A stretch of DNA of 64,000 bases from Mustelus asterias (taxonomy: Eukaryota), in contig NW_027590123.1 in the NCBI RefSeq assembly GCF_964213995.1, positions 1,612,001 to 1,676,000 of the forward strand, written 5' to 3'. Shown here piece by piece: positions 46,255 through 58,719 of this stretch. Under the pieces are notes generated by a model. The model ran no database searches and was not told the origin of the DNA. It saw only the letters and a program-made list of their open reading frames with translations. Each line of letters starts with the position of its first letter. Within the stretch, counting starts at the first letter, position 1. The translations under genes and the position numbers were made by a program.

Positions 46255-47372
46255 CACTATGTCCCCCTCTCCCACTCTCCTCAAGGTGCTGCTTGTCTGT
46301 CCCAGTGTCCTCCTCTCACACTCTCCTCAAGGTTCTGACTGTCTGTCCAGGTGTTGTAGGTAAAAAACCTCTGACACTATTAGTGGATCAAAATGCAGTG
46401 TTTATTTTCACAATTGTGGGAGAAGTGAGGTTCCTAACAGTGGACCCCCAGCCTTCTCATCGAACACAAGTAAGAACAGAGTTTATGTATGTCCCGGGCC
46501 CCGCCCTCATTACATTGTAATTCTCTAAGATGTCTGTCATTGATCATGGTGAGATTCTTGTTGTATTAGCAGTATCTTCCTCTGCATAGTTTGTTGGATC
46601 TCCAAGGCCACGATTGTTCGTCATTTATATCCTTGAAACAAAATCACAGGTTTTGCACAAACAAGTTAACTAATATACATAGAAGCTTGCATAATACTTT
46701 ATATCAGGATAAGATGAATAATGTATGATGAATATATATATGTATCTATGGTTATACAAAGACAGAAGGCATACATGTCAACTCCATCGTGTTAAACAAA
46801 GGTACATGAAAATGGAGACAGTTTAGCTCATTTCAAGCTGGGTTAATCGCATTTCTTAATAACAAGAACAGCTGTTCCTCTTACCTGGCACAGACATGAA
46901 AAACACCGAACTCTGAGAAAAACATGAACTCTGCAGTGTTCTCAACAAAATCACAGAGTTCGGGTCTTAATGCTTAAGTGTGACAAAGTTCATTAACCCA
47001 TTCCCGACTTCACCCGGTGTCCCAGTGTCCCCCTCTCACACTCTCCTCAAGGTGCTGACTGTCTGTCCCGGTGTCCCAGTGTCCCTCTCACCCTCTCCTC
47101 AAGGTGCTGACTGTCTGTCCCGGTGTCCCAGTGTCCTCCTCTCACACTCTGCTCAAGGTGCTGACTGTCTGTCCCGGTGTCCCAGTGTCCCTCTGACACT
47201 CTCCTCAAGGTGTTGCTTGTCTGTCCCTGTGTCAAAGTGTCCCCCTCTCACACTCTCCTCAAGGTGCTGCTGACTCTATTTAGGTGTCCCGGTGTCCCCC
47301 TGTGACACTCTCCTCAAGGTGCTGCTGACTCTGTTTAGGTGTCCCGGTGTCCATCTCCCACACTCTCCTCAA
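46255..47372. repeat. ~50-bp minisatellite (ggtgtcccagtgtcccctctcacactctcctcaaggtgctgactgtctgtccc), interrupted by 46352-47012
   Basis: About 2 units to the left and about 7 to the right of the insertion. Confidence 0.9.
46352..47012 (-). mobile_element. Probable solo LTR (661 bp)
   Basis: TG...CA ends; flanks CCAGG / CCCGG (5-bp TSD with one mismatch); AATAAA on the minus strand ~50 nt from the end. Confidence 0.6.
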
Positions 47373-47429
47373 CTTACTCTTGCCTCCTTACAACCTCACA
47401 ATAAAAAAATGCTGAGAAAGTTTCACGTG

Positions 47430-47615
47430 AAGCCTCTTGCTCAGATTGTACTGTACATGACACTGAGAGATAGTTCTATCTGAAGTCTCAGATTGCACTG
47501 TACGTAACACTGAGAGATAGTTCTATCTGATGACTCGAGCTAAGACTGGACTGTACATAACACAGAGATGTTGATCTATGTGAAGTCCCTTGCTAAGATT
47601 GTTCTGTACATAAGC
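47430..47615. repeat. ~42-50-bp tandem repeat, about 4 copies
   Basis: agattgtactgtacataacactgagagatagttctatctga recurs. Confidence 0.7.
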
Positions 47616-47694
47616 TGCACATAAAATCGAAAACAGCCTGTATTTAGCAGTTTCTGTCAATCCTGATTAATGTTAACCTCATCTAAAACCCACA

Positions 47695-49440
47695 ACCATG
47701 ATAACCATAAGACAATAAGATATAGGAGCAGAATTAGGCCATTAGGCCCATCGAATCTGCTCCATCATTCAATTCTGGCTGATACGTTTCTCAAACCCAT
47801 TCTCCCGCCTTTTCCCCGTGACACTTGATCCCTTCACAAGTCAAGAATCTATCTCTTTCTTAAATACACTCAATGACCTGGCCTCTACAGTCTTGTGTGG
47901 CAATGACCTCCACAGGTTCACCACGCTCTTGTTGAGGAAATTCCTCCTCGTCTCAGTTCTACAGTAAGAAGTCTCACAACAGCAGGTTAAAGTCCCACAG
48001 GTTTATTTGGAATCATGAGCTTTCAGAACGCTGCTCCTTCATCAGGTGTGTGGACAACTTCTGCTGTGAGACTTCTTATTGTGCCCACCCAAGTCCAACG
48101 CCGGCATCTCCACATCACAGTTCTAAAGGGCCGTCCCTTTCCTCTGAGGGTGTGCCCTCGTGTCCTAGTCTCTCCTACTAACGGAAACGTCTCCCCAAGT
48201 CCACTCTATCCAACCTTTCATTATTCTGTAAGTTTCAATGATATCCCCCTGCTGTTGGTGATTTATATAAACAATCTGCAAGAAGGCGTAACTGGGGTGA
48301 TCAGTAAGTTTGCGGACGACACGAAAATGGCTGGACGTGCAGATAGTGAGGAACATTGTCAGAGGCGACAGAAGGATATAGATAGGCTGGAAATTTGGGC
48401 AAAGAAATGGCAGATGGAGTTCAATCCAGATAAATGTGAAGTGATGTATTTTGGTAGATCTAACGTAGGGGGGAGCTATACGATAAATGGCAGAACCATA
48501 AAGGGCAGATACCCAGAGGGACCTGGGTGTGCAAGTCCACAGATCCTTGAAGGTGACGTCACATGTGGAGAAGTTAGTGAATAAGGCATATGGCACGCTT
48601 GCTTTTATTGGACGGGGCATAGAGTATAAAAGTTGGGGTCTGATGTTGCAGTTATATAGAACGTTGATTCGGCCGCATTTGGAATACTGCGCCCAGTTCT
48701 GGTCGCCACACTACCAGAAGGATGTGGAGGCTTTAGAGAGAGTGCAAAGGACGTTTACCAGGATGTTGCCTGGAATGGAAGGGCTTAGTTATAAGGAGAG
48801 ATTGGGTAAACTGGGGTTGTTCTCACTGGAAAGAAGGAGGATGAGGGGTGACCGAATAGAGGTGTATAAAATTATGAAAGGCATAGATAGGGGTGAACCA
48901 GGTCGGTGGTGACGTTCATGAGGGGTCATAGTGAGGTGGGGGGGAGGTTTAACACGGATATCAGAAGGACGTATTTTCCACAGAGGGTGGTGGGGGCCTG
49001 GAATGCGCTGCCGGCCAAGGTGGTGGAGGCGGACACGCTGGGAACGTTTAAGACTTATGTCGATAGCCGCATGAAGGGAGTGGGAATGGAGGGATACAAA
49101 GGATTGGTCTCGTTTGGACCAGGGAGCGGCGCGGGCTTGGAGGGCCGAAGGGCCTGTTCCTGTGCTGTATTGTTCTTTGTTCTTTGTTCTTTGCCCATCC
49201 TTCCAAAATCCAACGAGTACAGACGCAGAGTCCTCAGACGCTCTTCATGTGTCAAGTCTCTCATTCCCCGGAACATTCTTGTGAACATCCTCTGGACCCT
49301 GTCCAAGGCCAGCACATCCTTCCTTAGATACGGGGCCCAAAATTGCTGACAATATTCTGAATGTGGCCTGACCAGAGTCTTATTAAACCTCAGCAGTACA
49401 CCCCTGCTTTTATATTCTAGTCGATTTTAAATGAATGCTA
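47695..49440 (-). mobile_element. CR1-clade LINE 3' part hosting two insertions (47962-48117; plus-strand LINE ~48250-49192)
   Basis: Tail ccataagacaataag near 47705; host resumes at ~49195 (catccttccaaaatccaacgagtac). The inner LINE has FADDTK and a (ttctttg)n tail. Confidence 0.85.
47962..48117 (-). mobile_element. Short Penelope-derived element with hammerhead ribozyme core
   Basis: 8-bp TSD CAGTTCTA (47954-47961 / 48118-48125); internal inverted repeat aagaagtctcaca / tgtgagacttctt; minus strand CTGATGA-aggagcagcgttct-GAAA (48045-48021). Confidence 0.7.
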
Positions 49441-49797
49441 GCAGAGGTTATATCGAATGAATATTGAAAGATTTACAGTCTGACCCTCCATTATTTCCAA
49501 CTTTCCAGACCTCCCTTACTCTCAACACCCCATCTCGGCTGTAAATTTTCTACTTTGCTCATAAAAAGTGTTGGATTGAACGGGGTTAAGTGAAGCTGTT
49601 TGTTTAGTGACTGTAATTGATGTGAGTCTCCATGGATCCGCTTAGTGTGTCTGGAGGGATTTCCCTCTTCTATTAATAAGCGGATCCGTTCAATGTGTTG
49701 TCCCATTGGGTCAGTGGGAGCGACAACTCCGACACTAACAGAGATCAGCGGCTGTGAAGAGAGAGGGAGGGAGAGGAGAGATCAGAATCTGGGAGCA

Positions 49798-52700
49798 ATG
49801 GATTGGAATCTCCCAACAATGGATCAGAATCTGGGAACAATGAACCGGAATGTTCGAACAATCGATCAGAATCTGGGAACAATGGATTGGAAAGTTCCGA
49901 CCAAGGACAGGAGTTTATTCTTTTGGATTTCTTTGTTTACTGCAGATTATTCGTGGCTAACATCAGCTGGCCGGTTTCGATATCTACTGTACGCGATTCA
50001 ATGCTTATACTATCCCCTCCTGGCGATTGTTGGTGTTCCGGGTAAGTCTCTGGCTGGAATTGTACAGGCCCGACCTCCACGGGAATCGGAGCAGGCGAGG
50101 GGCGGAGCATGGGAAGGTCTGTTGAACACGGGTGGGATTTTACAGCTTCGGGAAGAGTGAGGCTGCAACGTCCCATCACCTGTGTCCAGTTCCTAACTTT
50201 TTAACTGTTTTGATTTTCTTGTTATTTACTGTACTGGGTTTGTTGCTCTTGTTGTTGAATCTCTGTATTCTGTTATTAATTCTTTCAGCCACTGACAATG
50301 GTCTCAGGGTCTATGGGCTAGGATGTCTTCTGTGTGCTGTGACTTTCAACAGAGATGTGACATCAAACACTATTCCTTCCTGAGTAAAAGATTGCAACAG
50401 AAACCTTTTTACCCTCTACATATAACACCAGTTCACTGCTAATCACCCACCCAGTCAGCAGGCTGCAGAATCCATTTTAATGGTCATATGTCCAGAGCAC
50501 GATTTCGCAGAGAGAGAACGTATTTTGTCAAGTGTGTAGTGTATTTATTCGTGTAACAAGCAGGCTTACATTAACACTGCAATGAAGTTACGTAAAAATC
50601 CCCTCGTCACAACACTCCAACACATTTTTTAGGTACACTGAGGGAGAATTTAGCATCGCCAATGCACCTAACCAGCACAACTTTCAGAGTGTGGGAAGAA
50701 ACCGGAGCACCCGGAGGAAACCCATGCAGACACGGGGAGAACGTGCAGAATCTGCACAGACAGTAGCCAAGCCTGGAATTGATCCAGGACCTCTGATGCT
50801 GTGAGGCAACAATGCTATCCCCTGTGCCACCAGAAACTCTCCAAGAGTCACAGGAACACAAACACACAGACACACTCAAACGCCCAAATATAAATACAGA
50901 CATTTGCTGATAAATGCAGTCAGATTTAAACACTTACTCCCACTCACACACAAATTCAAGAATAACCAATGTTGCTGTAACACTCCAGAACGCCGCACAC
51001 TTAGGGACACTCGGACAGTGCACTCTTGCTCACACACACACACCCGGGAGGTGGGCGGTTTTAGCGCTACTCCCTGTCCATTGATGGCGGTGTGAGCAGT
51101 AAAACTGCGTGACAACCGAGAACTCAGGTCCACGCCCGATTTCCCGCCTCTTGCAACCTCACCGGCAATGGTTATGTGGCAGATTCAGTTTCCTGCCCAT
51201 TTCTGTCGAGTGGCTGTATAAATTATTTAAACTTAATTTAAAACAAGTTTAAATGAATTTAGCGAGCCTGGGATGGAATTGTGCGTTCCACTTGCCTCTG
51301 CAGACTCACCGGGAGAGGTTGGGTCCGGTGAGGAAAACAGGTGGCCACATGTACACGGATGAGTCGTGATGACCTCGCCGGTAGAACGGAAGGCCATTGA
51401 GGGCACTGGGCAAGGTCGAGGGCAAAGATAGGAGCCCCTTGGGCAGTGCCCACCAGGCAGTACCAAGGGGTGGGGCCTCTGGTAGCGGGGTCTACTGGAG
51501 TCGACGGGTGGTGGCCTGCAGGACATGGTGCATTTCCTTGCCCTGCGAGTTGCCCCAAATACATTGCCTCACATTTTTCAGGTGTAAATTCCATTTGACC
51601 AGCCTTTCCGTTTCTTCAGCACGGTCGCATAGTGGCTCGCACTGCTGCGCCACAGCGCCAGGGATGCATGTACGGTTTAAGGCTTGGACCATATCTGTGC
51701 GGAGTTTGCACATTCTCCCCGTGTCTGCATGGCTTTTCTCCGGGTACTCCTGTTTCCTCCAACAGTCCAAAGACTTGTGGGTTAGATGGGTTGGCCAGGA
51801 TATACTGGACTTAGTGTCAGGGAGAATCGCTTGGGTAAATGCATGGGGTTATGGGGATATCGCCTGGGTGGGATTGTGCTCAGTGCAGACTAAATAGGCC
51901 GAATGGCATCCTTCTGCACTGTATGAATCTATGATTCCTGTAATCTAAGGCTTTCCTCCTCAATATTTACCACACCACCAATTTTTGTATCATCTGTGAA
52001 CTTACTGATCATACCTCACACATTCCTGTCCAGACCATCAATGTACACTACAAACAGCAAGAGTCCCAGCATTGATCCCTGTCGAAACTTACTGGACTCA
52101 GGCTTGCAGTCACAAAAGCAACCTTCGACCATCACCCTCTGCCTCCTGCCACTCAGCCAATTTTTAATGTAATTTACCAAATAGTTCAATCTCCCATGCA
52201 GGATTTGTCAAAAGCTTTTCTGAAGACCATATAGACTACATCGACGGCACTTCCCTCATCTACTCATCCAATCACCTCCTCAATATATTCCAGTAAATTG
52301 TTAGACATGATCTCCCCCCTGGCAAAGCCATGCTGACTATTGTTCATAAATCCTTACCTCTCGAAGTGGAGATTAATTCTGTCCCTCAGATTGTTTTCCA
52401 ATCATTTCCCCACCACGGATATGGTGATGATGGTGTCCTGGGCGTGATCTTGTATGTCTCCACGGCACATTGCAGGAAGGCAGTATGGCAGAGTGGTTAG
52501 CACTGCCGCCTCACAGCACCAGGGACCCTGGTTGAATCTCCGGGATTCCATCGGTACGAGTGAAGCTTTTCTTTTTACTTTGTTCCATTCTCGCATATTG
52601 CCTGTTGGGATTTCTCCTATTACAAGAACGTCTGATGTTTCTCTGGTAAGGATCCGCTTTGACCAAGTCCAGTTTCTCAGAGCTCCCCAATGTCCACATT

Positions 52701-55700
52701 GAGCCTTGTAAATTCAGTCTCGATCACAGCCGTCCTGTGTACATCATCAACCTGCATAAGTTCATTGGGAAGGCCAGGGCACATCGTGCTGATTTTTCAG
52801 CTTGAGATGTGAAAGACTTATTTGATTTTATTTGAATTGATTTGGTTTATTATTTTCACATATAATAAATATGTGATCCAAGCCGGGAATCAAACTCAGG
52901 TCCCTGTGAGACAGCAGTGCTTACCATTGTACCACCATGCTGCCGACTCAAGAACAGCTTCTTCTCTGCTGCCATCTGACGTTTTCATGGACCCACATCG
53001 CATTAAGATGATCTTTTTCTACACCCTAGCTATGACTGCAACATTACATTCTGCGCTCTCTCCTTCTCTATGTACAGGGTTACAGTGTTATAGAGTTCAG
53101 AGTTGGGCCAGGGAGATGGCATCTGTGGACCTGTTGGGGAGGTAGGTAAACTGTCGTGTATCCAGGCAATCTGGGAGGCCGGAATTGATTCATGCCACGA
53201 CTAACCTTTTGATGCATTTCATAACATTGGATATACAGTGAAAAGTGTTGATGCTTGAGTGCCATACAGACAAAGCATACTGTACATAGAGAAGGAGAGA
53301 GTGCAGAATGTAATATTGCAGTCATAGCTAGGATGTAGTAAAATTTCATCTTCATGCAATGTGGTTCCATTCAAATGTCTGATGACAGCAGAGAAGAAGC
53401 TGTTTGGAGTCGGCAGCATGGTGGCACAATGGTTAGCACTGCTGTCTCACAGGAACCTGAGTTCGATTCCTGGCTTGGATCACTGCCTGTGTGGAATTTG
53501 CACATTCTACCCATGTCTGCATGGGTTTGCTCTGGATGCTCAGGTTTTCACCCACAGTCAAAAATGGTCAGGTTAGGTTGATTGGCCATGTTAACTGCCC
53601 ATTAGAGTCCTGGGATATGTATGTTTGGGGGATTTGCAGGGTTCATATCTGGGACTTTGGGGATAGGGCCTGGGTGGGATTGTTGTCGGTGTGGACTCGA
53701 TGGGTCAATTGGCCCCCTTCTGCACTGTCGTGATTCTATGATTCTATGAGTCGGTTGGTCCATGTCCTCACACATTTTGTATCTTTTTCTCTGATGGAAC
53801 AAGTCGGAAGAGTTTATGTCCGTGGTGCGATATTCCTTAATTAGGCTGGTTGCTTTTGCGAGGGAACGGGAGGTTTAGACAGAGTCAATGAGTGGGAGGT
53901 TGGTTTGAGTGATGGACTGGTCTGCATTCACCAAGCTTTGAAGTTTCTTGCAGTCTTGGACAGCGAAGGAGCCATACCAAGCTAGAATGTTATGGTACAT
54001 CTGTAAAAGTTGTTGGAGTCACAGCTGACATGCCAAATGTCTGTCAACCTCTGAGAAAATAGAGGCATTCGCCGCCTTTTTTAATTATAGGGTCGTCATG
54101 GAGGAACCAGGAAAGGTTTTTATCGTGATCTGGACCCGAAAACGTGAAGCTCTCGACCATTTCAACTTCAACCCATTGATGTAGATAGGGACATGTACTC
54201 CACTGTGCTTCCAAAAGTCGAACTGCTTTGTTGACATTGAGGAAGAGCTGATTGTTGTCACCCCAGTTCGCCAGATTCTCTATCTCTTCCATGTTCTCTG
54301 TCTCATCGTTGTTTGAGATCCGACCCACTGCAGGTGTCATAAGCAAACTTGGAAATCGGGTTGGTGGGGAATTTGGCCACACAGTCACCAGCGTATAAGG
54401 AGTATAGTAAGGGGCTCAGGACGCAGCCTTACGGGGCACCGCTGTTCAGGATAATTGTGAAGGAGATGTTGTTGATTGTCCTTAATTTTGCTGTCTATGG
54501 ATTAGGAAGTACAGGATCCAGTTGCAGAGGCAGGAGCCAAACCCAGGGCCACGGACGTTGGACATGAGTTTCGTAGGAATAATGGTGTTGAAGGCTGAGC
54601 TGCAGTCGATAAACACGAGTCTGTGTTCCACGGTTCACTGTAGGGCCAGGGAGATGGCATTGTGGACCTGTTGTGGATGTCGGTGAACTGTCGTGGATCC
54701 AGGCAATCTCGGAAGCCGGAACTGATTCATGCCATGACTAAACTTTTGATGCATTTCATCATATTGGATATCAGAGTAACCGGACAATAGTCATTAAGGC
54801 AGCCTGCTTGGCTGTTCCTTTGGTACTGGCCTTTGTTTGAGTTTTACCTGGTGCATAGATTTGCAACCTTCCTGCCGAGAGAGGACTCATGCTGCTGCAC
54901 TTGCCCAGTAGACCAAAGTGGGACAGCAGCAATCGCACTGAGTATTACGGACGATAGCTATTCGCTCAACCCTGAAGCTTTCTCCCACTCTTGAAAGCAA
55001 ACACTGGAAGTTGTGTTCTGTGCCAATCGAGTGTAACATTACTATTTCTTCCAGTGTTGCGCTAAAGGTGGCCACAATGCTGTGATCTCCTCTCCAGGGT
55101 ACAGTTCTGTGTAAATATAATAGAGATTCTGTGCTGTCAAGGCATCGGGATCTCCCTCTGCAGGGTCAAACCAGCCTTCTTTGGTACCAGCTCTGTTCCA
55201 GGGGTTGTCAGTAAGCTGTCTGAGAGACGACAATTTACCATCTACAGAACTCCAGTCTGGATTGTCTGTCAGGGTTTACTCCCTCATCCTTCTTACACTC
55301 CAAATCCCCCACAAGGTAGAGCGGCTATTTACTTGTAGCTGAGTGAGGGTCAATGTTGTGGACTCCCCGGAAAGCTCTCTCCCAAATGTATACCACTGTG
55401 TTGCTACCATGGAGCAGTACGGTGACACAGTGGTTAGCACTACTGACTCACATCATCAGGGACCTGGGTTCAATTCCAGGCTTGGGTCACTGTCTATGTT
55501 GAGTTTCGACCTTCTCCCCATGTCTGTGTGGATTTCAACCGGATGCTCCTCTTTCCTCTCACACTGCAAAAGACGTGCTGGATTTTGAAAAAAGATTTAA
55601 GTGATTTTATGTGTGTACATTCTTTTTTATTTCAACCCATCCTCAGTCTAAATGGTAACTTCTTCCCCTGAATCGTGTCTAATTTTATTCTTTATTTCCC

Positions 55701-56612
55701 TTCCTGACAGTGAACATAATCACAATTGTGACACTGACGAGCAGAAACTGTGGTCTGTCCAAATGTGTGACTCGTTACCTGGTGGCCATGTCAGTGGGGG
55801 ATCTGCTGGACGTTATCCTCGACCTGATATTGAGACATATTCCCATTGTTTATTGGGAACAGTTTTATTTCATGTTCTCAGTCCCCGTGTGTAACATCCA
55901 CGCCGTCCTGCTTTATGCAGCCACTGACTGTTCTGTATGGTTCACTGTCACTTTCACCTTTGATCGATTTGTGGCCATTTGCTGCCCCAAGCTGAAAAGT
56001 AAATATTGCAGTGAGAAATCAGCAGCTGTGGTTCTGGGAACAGTGACGGCGCTGAGCTGTTTAAAGAACATTTTCTGGTATTTTATGTTTTTAAATGGAT
56101 ATCGGTTGTCGAACGACCCCTGGTTTTGTGATGCCACAATTGATGTTATGGAATCTCCAGTCTGGGTAACAATCGAGTTCCTCCACCACATTATAACCCC
56201 GGGTGTCCCATTCGTCCTGATTCTGCTGCTCAATGCTTTCACCATCAGACACATTTTAGTGAGCAGCAGAGCCCGCAGGAGACTCCGGGCTCACAGCAGT
56301 GGGGAGAATCCCAGAGACCCAGAGATGGAGAGTCGAAGGAAATCCATCATTTTACTGTTTGTTATCTCAGCCAATTTCATCCTCTTATGGTCGACATTAA
56401 TGATTTATTCTATATGGCGTCGGATGTATGATTTGGGCTATCAGTCTGTAACGTTATATATTTTAGTTCTGGAATTGGGTTTCCTGCTGCAACTCACAAG
56501 TTGCTGCACAAACACTGCCATTTATGCTGTGACACAGACTCACTTCAGACGGCAGCTCAAAAATCTGCTGAAGTATCCCCTAAGTGCAATTCTTCAACTC
56601 ATGAGACCCTAA
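49798..56612 (+). CDS. Class A GPCR, GPR139/GPR142-like; exon 1 49798-50041, exon 2 55711-56612; 381 aa
   Basis: Donor G|gtaagt and acceptor ttcctgacag| join in phase 1 to give TM1 YYPLLAIVGVP-V-NIITIVTL; YLVAMSVGDLL, TVTFTFDRFVAIC, VPFVLILLLN, CCTNTAIY; no stops. Confidence 0.93.
50600..50830 (-). mobile_element. tRNA-derived V-SINE (HE1-like)
   Basis: Reverse complement of the V-domain core gggtttcctccgggtgctccggtttc with tRNA head. Confidence 0.8.
51617..51937 (+). mobile_element. tRNA-derived V-SINE (HE1-like) within a LINE fragment (~51520-52440, minus strand)
   Basis: Head, V-core, and ggccgaatggc..ctatga tail. Confidence 0.8.
53413..53750 (+). mobile_element. tRNA-derived V-SINE (HE1-like)
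   Basis: A/B boxes, V-core, (attctatg)n tail. Confidence 0.8.
53750..54800 (-). mobile_element. Decayed non-LTR retrotransposon RT fragment (not CR1; Rex1/Babar- or L2-like)
   Basis: Minus-strand remnants LANWGDNNQLFLNVNK, VEMVESFTF, LYFLR, and a GAP-G-V-SP-like motif. Confidence 0.55.
55410..55585 (+). mobile_element. Truncated V-SINE
   Basis: tRNA head (gtggttagcac, gggttcaattcc) and partial V-core. Confidence 0.7.
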
Positions 56613-56638
56613 GAGCAAACTACAATTACAAGCCCCCT

Positions 56639-56975
56639 GGCACGGTAGCACAGTGGTTAGCACTGCTGCTTCACAGCTCCAGGGTCCTGGGTTCGATTCC
56701 CGGCTCGGGTCACTGTCTGTGTGGAGTTTGCACATTCTCCTCGTGTCTGCGTGGGTTTCCTCCGGGTGCTCCGGTTTCCTCCCACAGTCCAAAGATGTGC
56801 GGGTTAGGTTAATTGGCCATGCTAAAATTGCCCCTTAGTGTCCTGGGATGCATGGGTTAGAGGGATTAGCGGGTAAAATATGTGGGGGTAGGGCCTGGGT
56901 GGGATTGTGGTCGGTGCAGACTCGATGGGCCGAATGGCCTCCTTCTGCACTGTAGGGTTTCTATGATTTCTATGA
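56639..56975 (+). mobile_element. Young full-length V-SINE (HE1-like) 27 nt after the GPCR stop codon
   Basis: A box TAGCACAGTGG, B box GGTTCGATTCC, V-core, LINE-derived tail gggccgaatggcct..(ttctatga)n. Confidence 0.92.
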
Positions 56976-57014
56976 TACTTCCTATTGGACATTCAAACTA
57001 TAAATAACAAACAG

Positions 57015-57712
57015 CCTCACAGAGACAGAGTGTCAGATGGAGAGGGAGAGGGCAGTGAGCGCAACAGTGAGACTGATAGAGAGAGAGAGATTGACACAGA
57101 GAGAGCATGGCATAAATACATGGAGTGTGACAGATTTTGAAAGATTTTCTAACAGATACAGGGAAAGAAACAGAGAGACCGAGAAAGAGAGAGACAGACA
57201 GAAAGGACAGAGACAGATAGGGATTCTCACAGAGCGAGAAAAACAGGGATAGCGACTGGGGGAAATCGGGAGGGAGATGGACAGGAAATGAGAAAGGGAG
57301 ACAGAGGGAGACAGATGGGAGGATGCAATGAGAGAGGGTGGTTAAGACTGAAAGGGAGACAAAAAGGGTGGCAGAGAGAAACAGATACAGAGACAGAGAG
57401 AGCGTCAGTGAATTTGAAACAGTGAGACTGAATGAGTATAATGGACACAGCAGGAGCAAAATACAGAGCGAGGTAGGGAGAGAGAAAGACAGAGAAATAA
57501 GAAAAGGGGGACAGAGAAGGAGAGTGAGACTGAGGTTGGAGGAGACACAGAGGAAGAGTGTAGAGTGAAGGTGAATGAGGGAGATGCAGAAAGGCAACAA
57601 GAGACACAGAGAAACAGGCAGAGAGAGAGATACACAGAGAGAGAGAGAGAGAGAGAGATACAGAGAGGGGTATGCACAGAAAGACAGAAAGAGACAGAGA
57701 GAGAGAGAGACA
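57015..57712. repeat. Low-complexity (GA/GACA)n-rich tract
   Basis: Purine-rich microsatellite mosaic. Confidence 0.9.
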
Positions 57713-57879
57713 GACTTAACGACTTTAACGATAACCATCAGGTGGACGTATTGGAATATGAGCTCTGATTGAGGCGGTTAATGCTGTCCAATCCGCGAGC
57801 CCTGCAGACGTATATAATATGGTGTGTCTAGGTTACCGGAACTCAGGGTGTGTACACTGAGGGTGTGGATGTGATGGAC

Positions 57880-58212
57880 TGGTGGTTTTATCATTAGACT
57901 ATTAATACAGAAACTCAGCTAAAGTTCTGGGCACCCGGGTTCGAATCCCGTCACAGCAGATCGTGGAATTTGAATAAATATCTCTGGAACTCAGAATCTG
58001 TTCAGAGTTCCATTGTCGATTTTCTGAAAAACCCATCTGGTTCACCAATTTCCCAGGGAAGGAAATCTGTGATCATTACGTGGTCAGGACTAAATGAGAC
58101 TCCAGAGCCACAGCAATGTGGTTAACACTTAATTGCCCTCTGAACATGGGCAACTAGGGATCGGCAATAAATGCTGGCCAGCCAGCGACACGCAAGTCCC
58201 AAGAGTGAATAA
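57880..58212 (+). mobile_element. Second tRNA-derived SINE family (also ~60630-60925 on + and ~35555-35630 on -)
   Basis: B box GGTTCGAATCC, shared body aaaacccatctggttcac..ggaaggaaatctg, tail ggcaataaatgctggccagccag. Confidence 0.7.
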
Positions 58213-58469
58213 AAATACTTTGTGCTGGGAAATTTTAAACAAACGGCAAACTGTTTCTCGCAGCTGGATAAATACCCAATCCCTCGGATCGAGCACCTTA
58301 ACACAAAGCTGGCAGGAGGATTCTTGTTTACAATTATGAACTTATTCACGTGCACTTAGACTAACAGCGAGATAGGATTCCCAGCGATATTCAACAATTC
58401 ATACTCAGAGGAAGTTTAACATTTATAAAGTGTCAAATGTAGGCTTACATTAACATTGCAATGAAGTGA

Positions 58470-58710
58470 CTGTGAAAATCGTTTAGTCCTCGCACCCTGG
58501 TGCCTGTTCGGGTAACACTGAGGGAGAATTTAACATGGCCAATGCACCCTGGCCAGCATGTCTTTCAGACTGTGGGAGGAAACCGGAGAAACCAGAGGAA
58601 ACCCACGCAGATACGGAGAGAATGCGCAGACTCCGCACAGTGACCCAATCCAGGAATGGAACCCAGGTCTCTGGCGTTATGAGGCAGCAGTGCTAATCAC
58701 TGGGACACCT
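58470..58710 (-). mobile_element. tRNA-derived V-SINE (HE1-like)
   Basis: Reverse complement of V-core and tRNA head. Confidence 0.75.
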
Positions 58711-58719
58711 CGTCTCCGG

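Noticed and set aside
46255-47615. Regularly spaced repeats as a CRISPR-like array
   Set aside because: Head-to-tail minisatellites without unique spacers, in a eukaryotic context.
56998-57738. 246-aa Leu/Ser-rich ORF and overlapping ORFs
   Set aside because: Translation of a GA-rich low-complexity tract.
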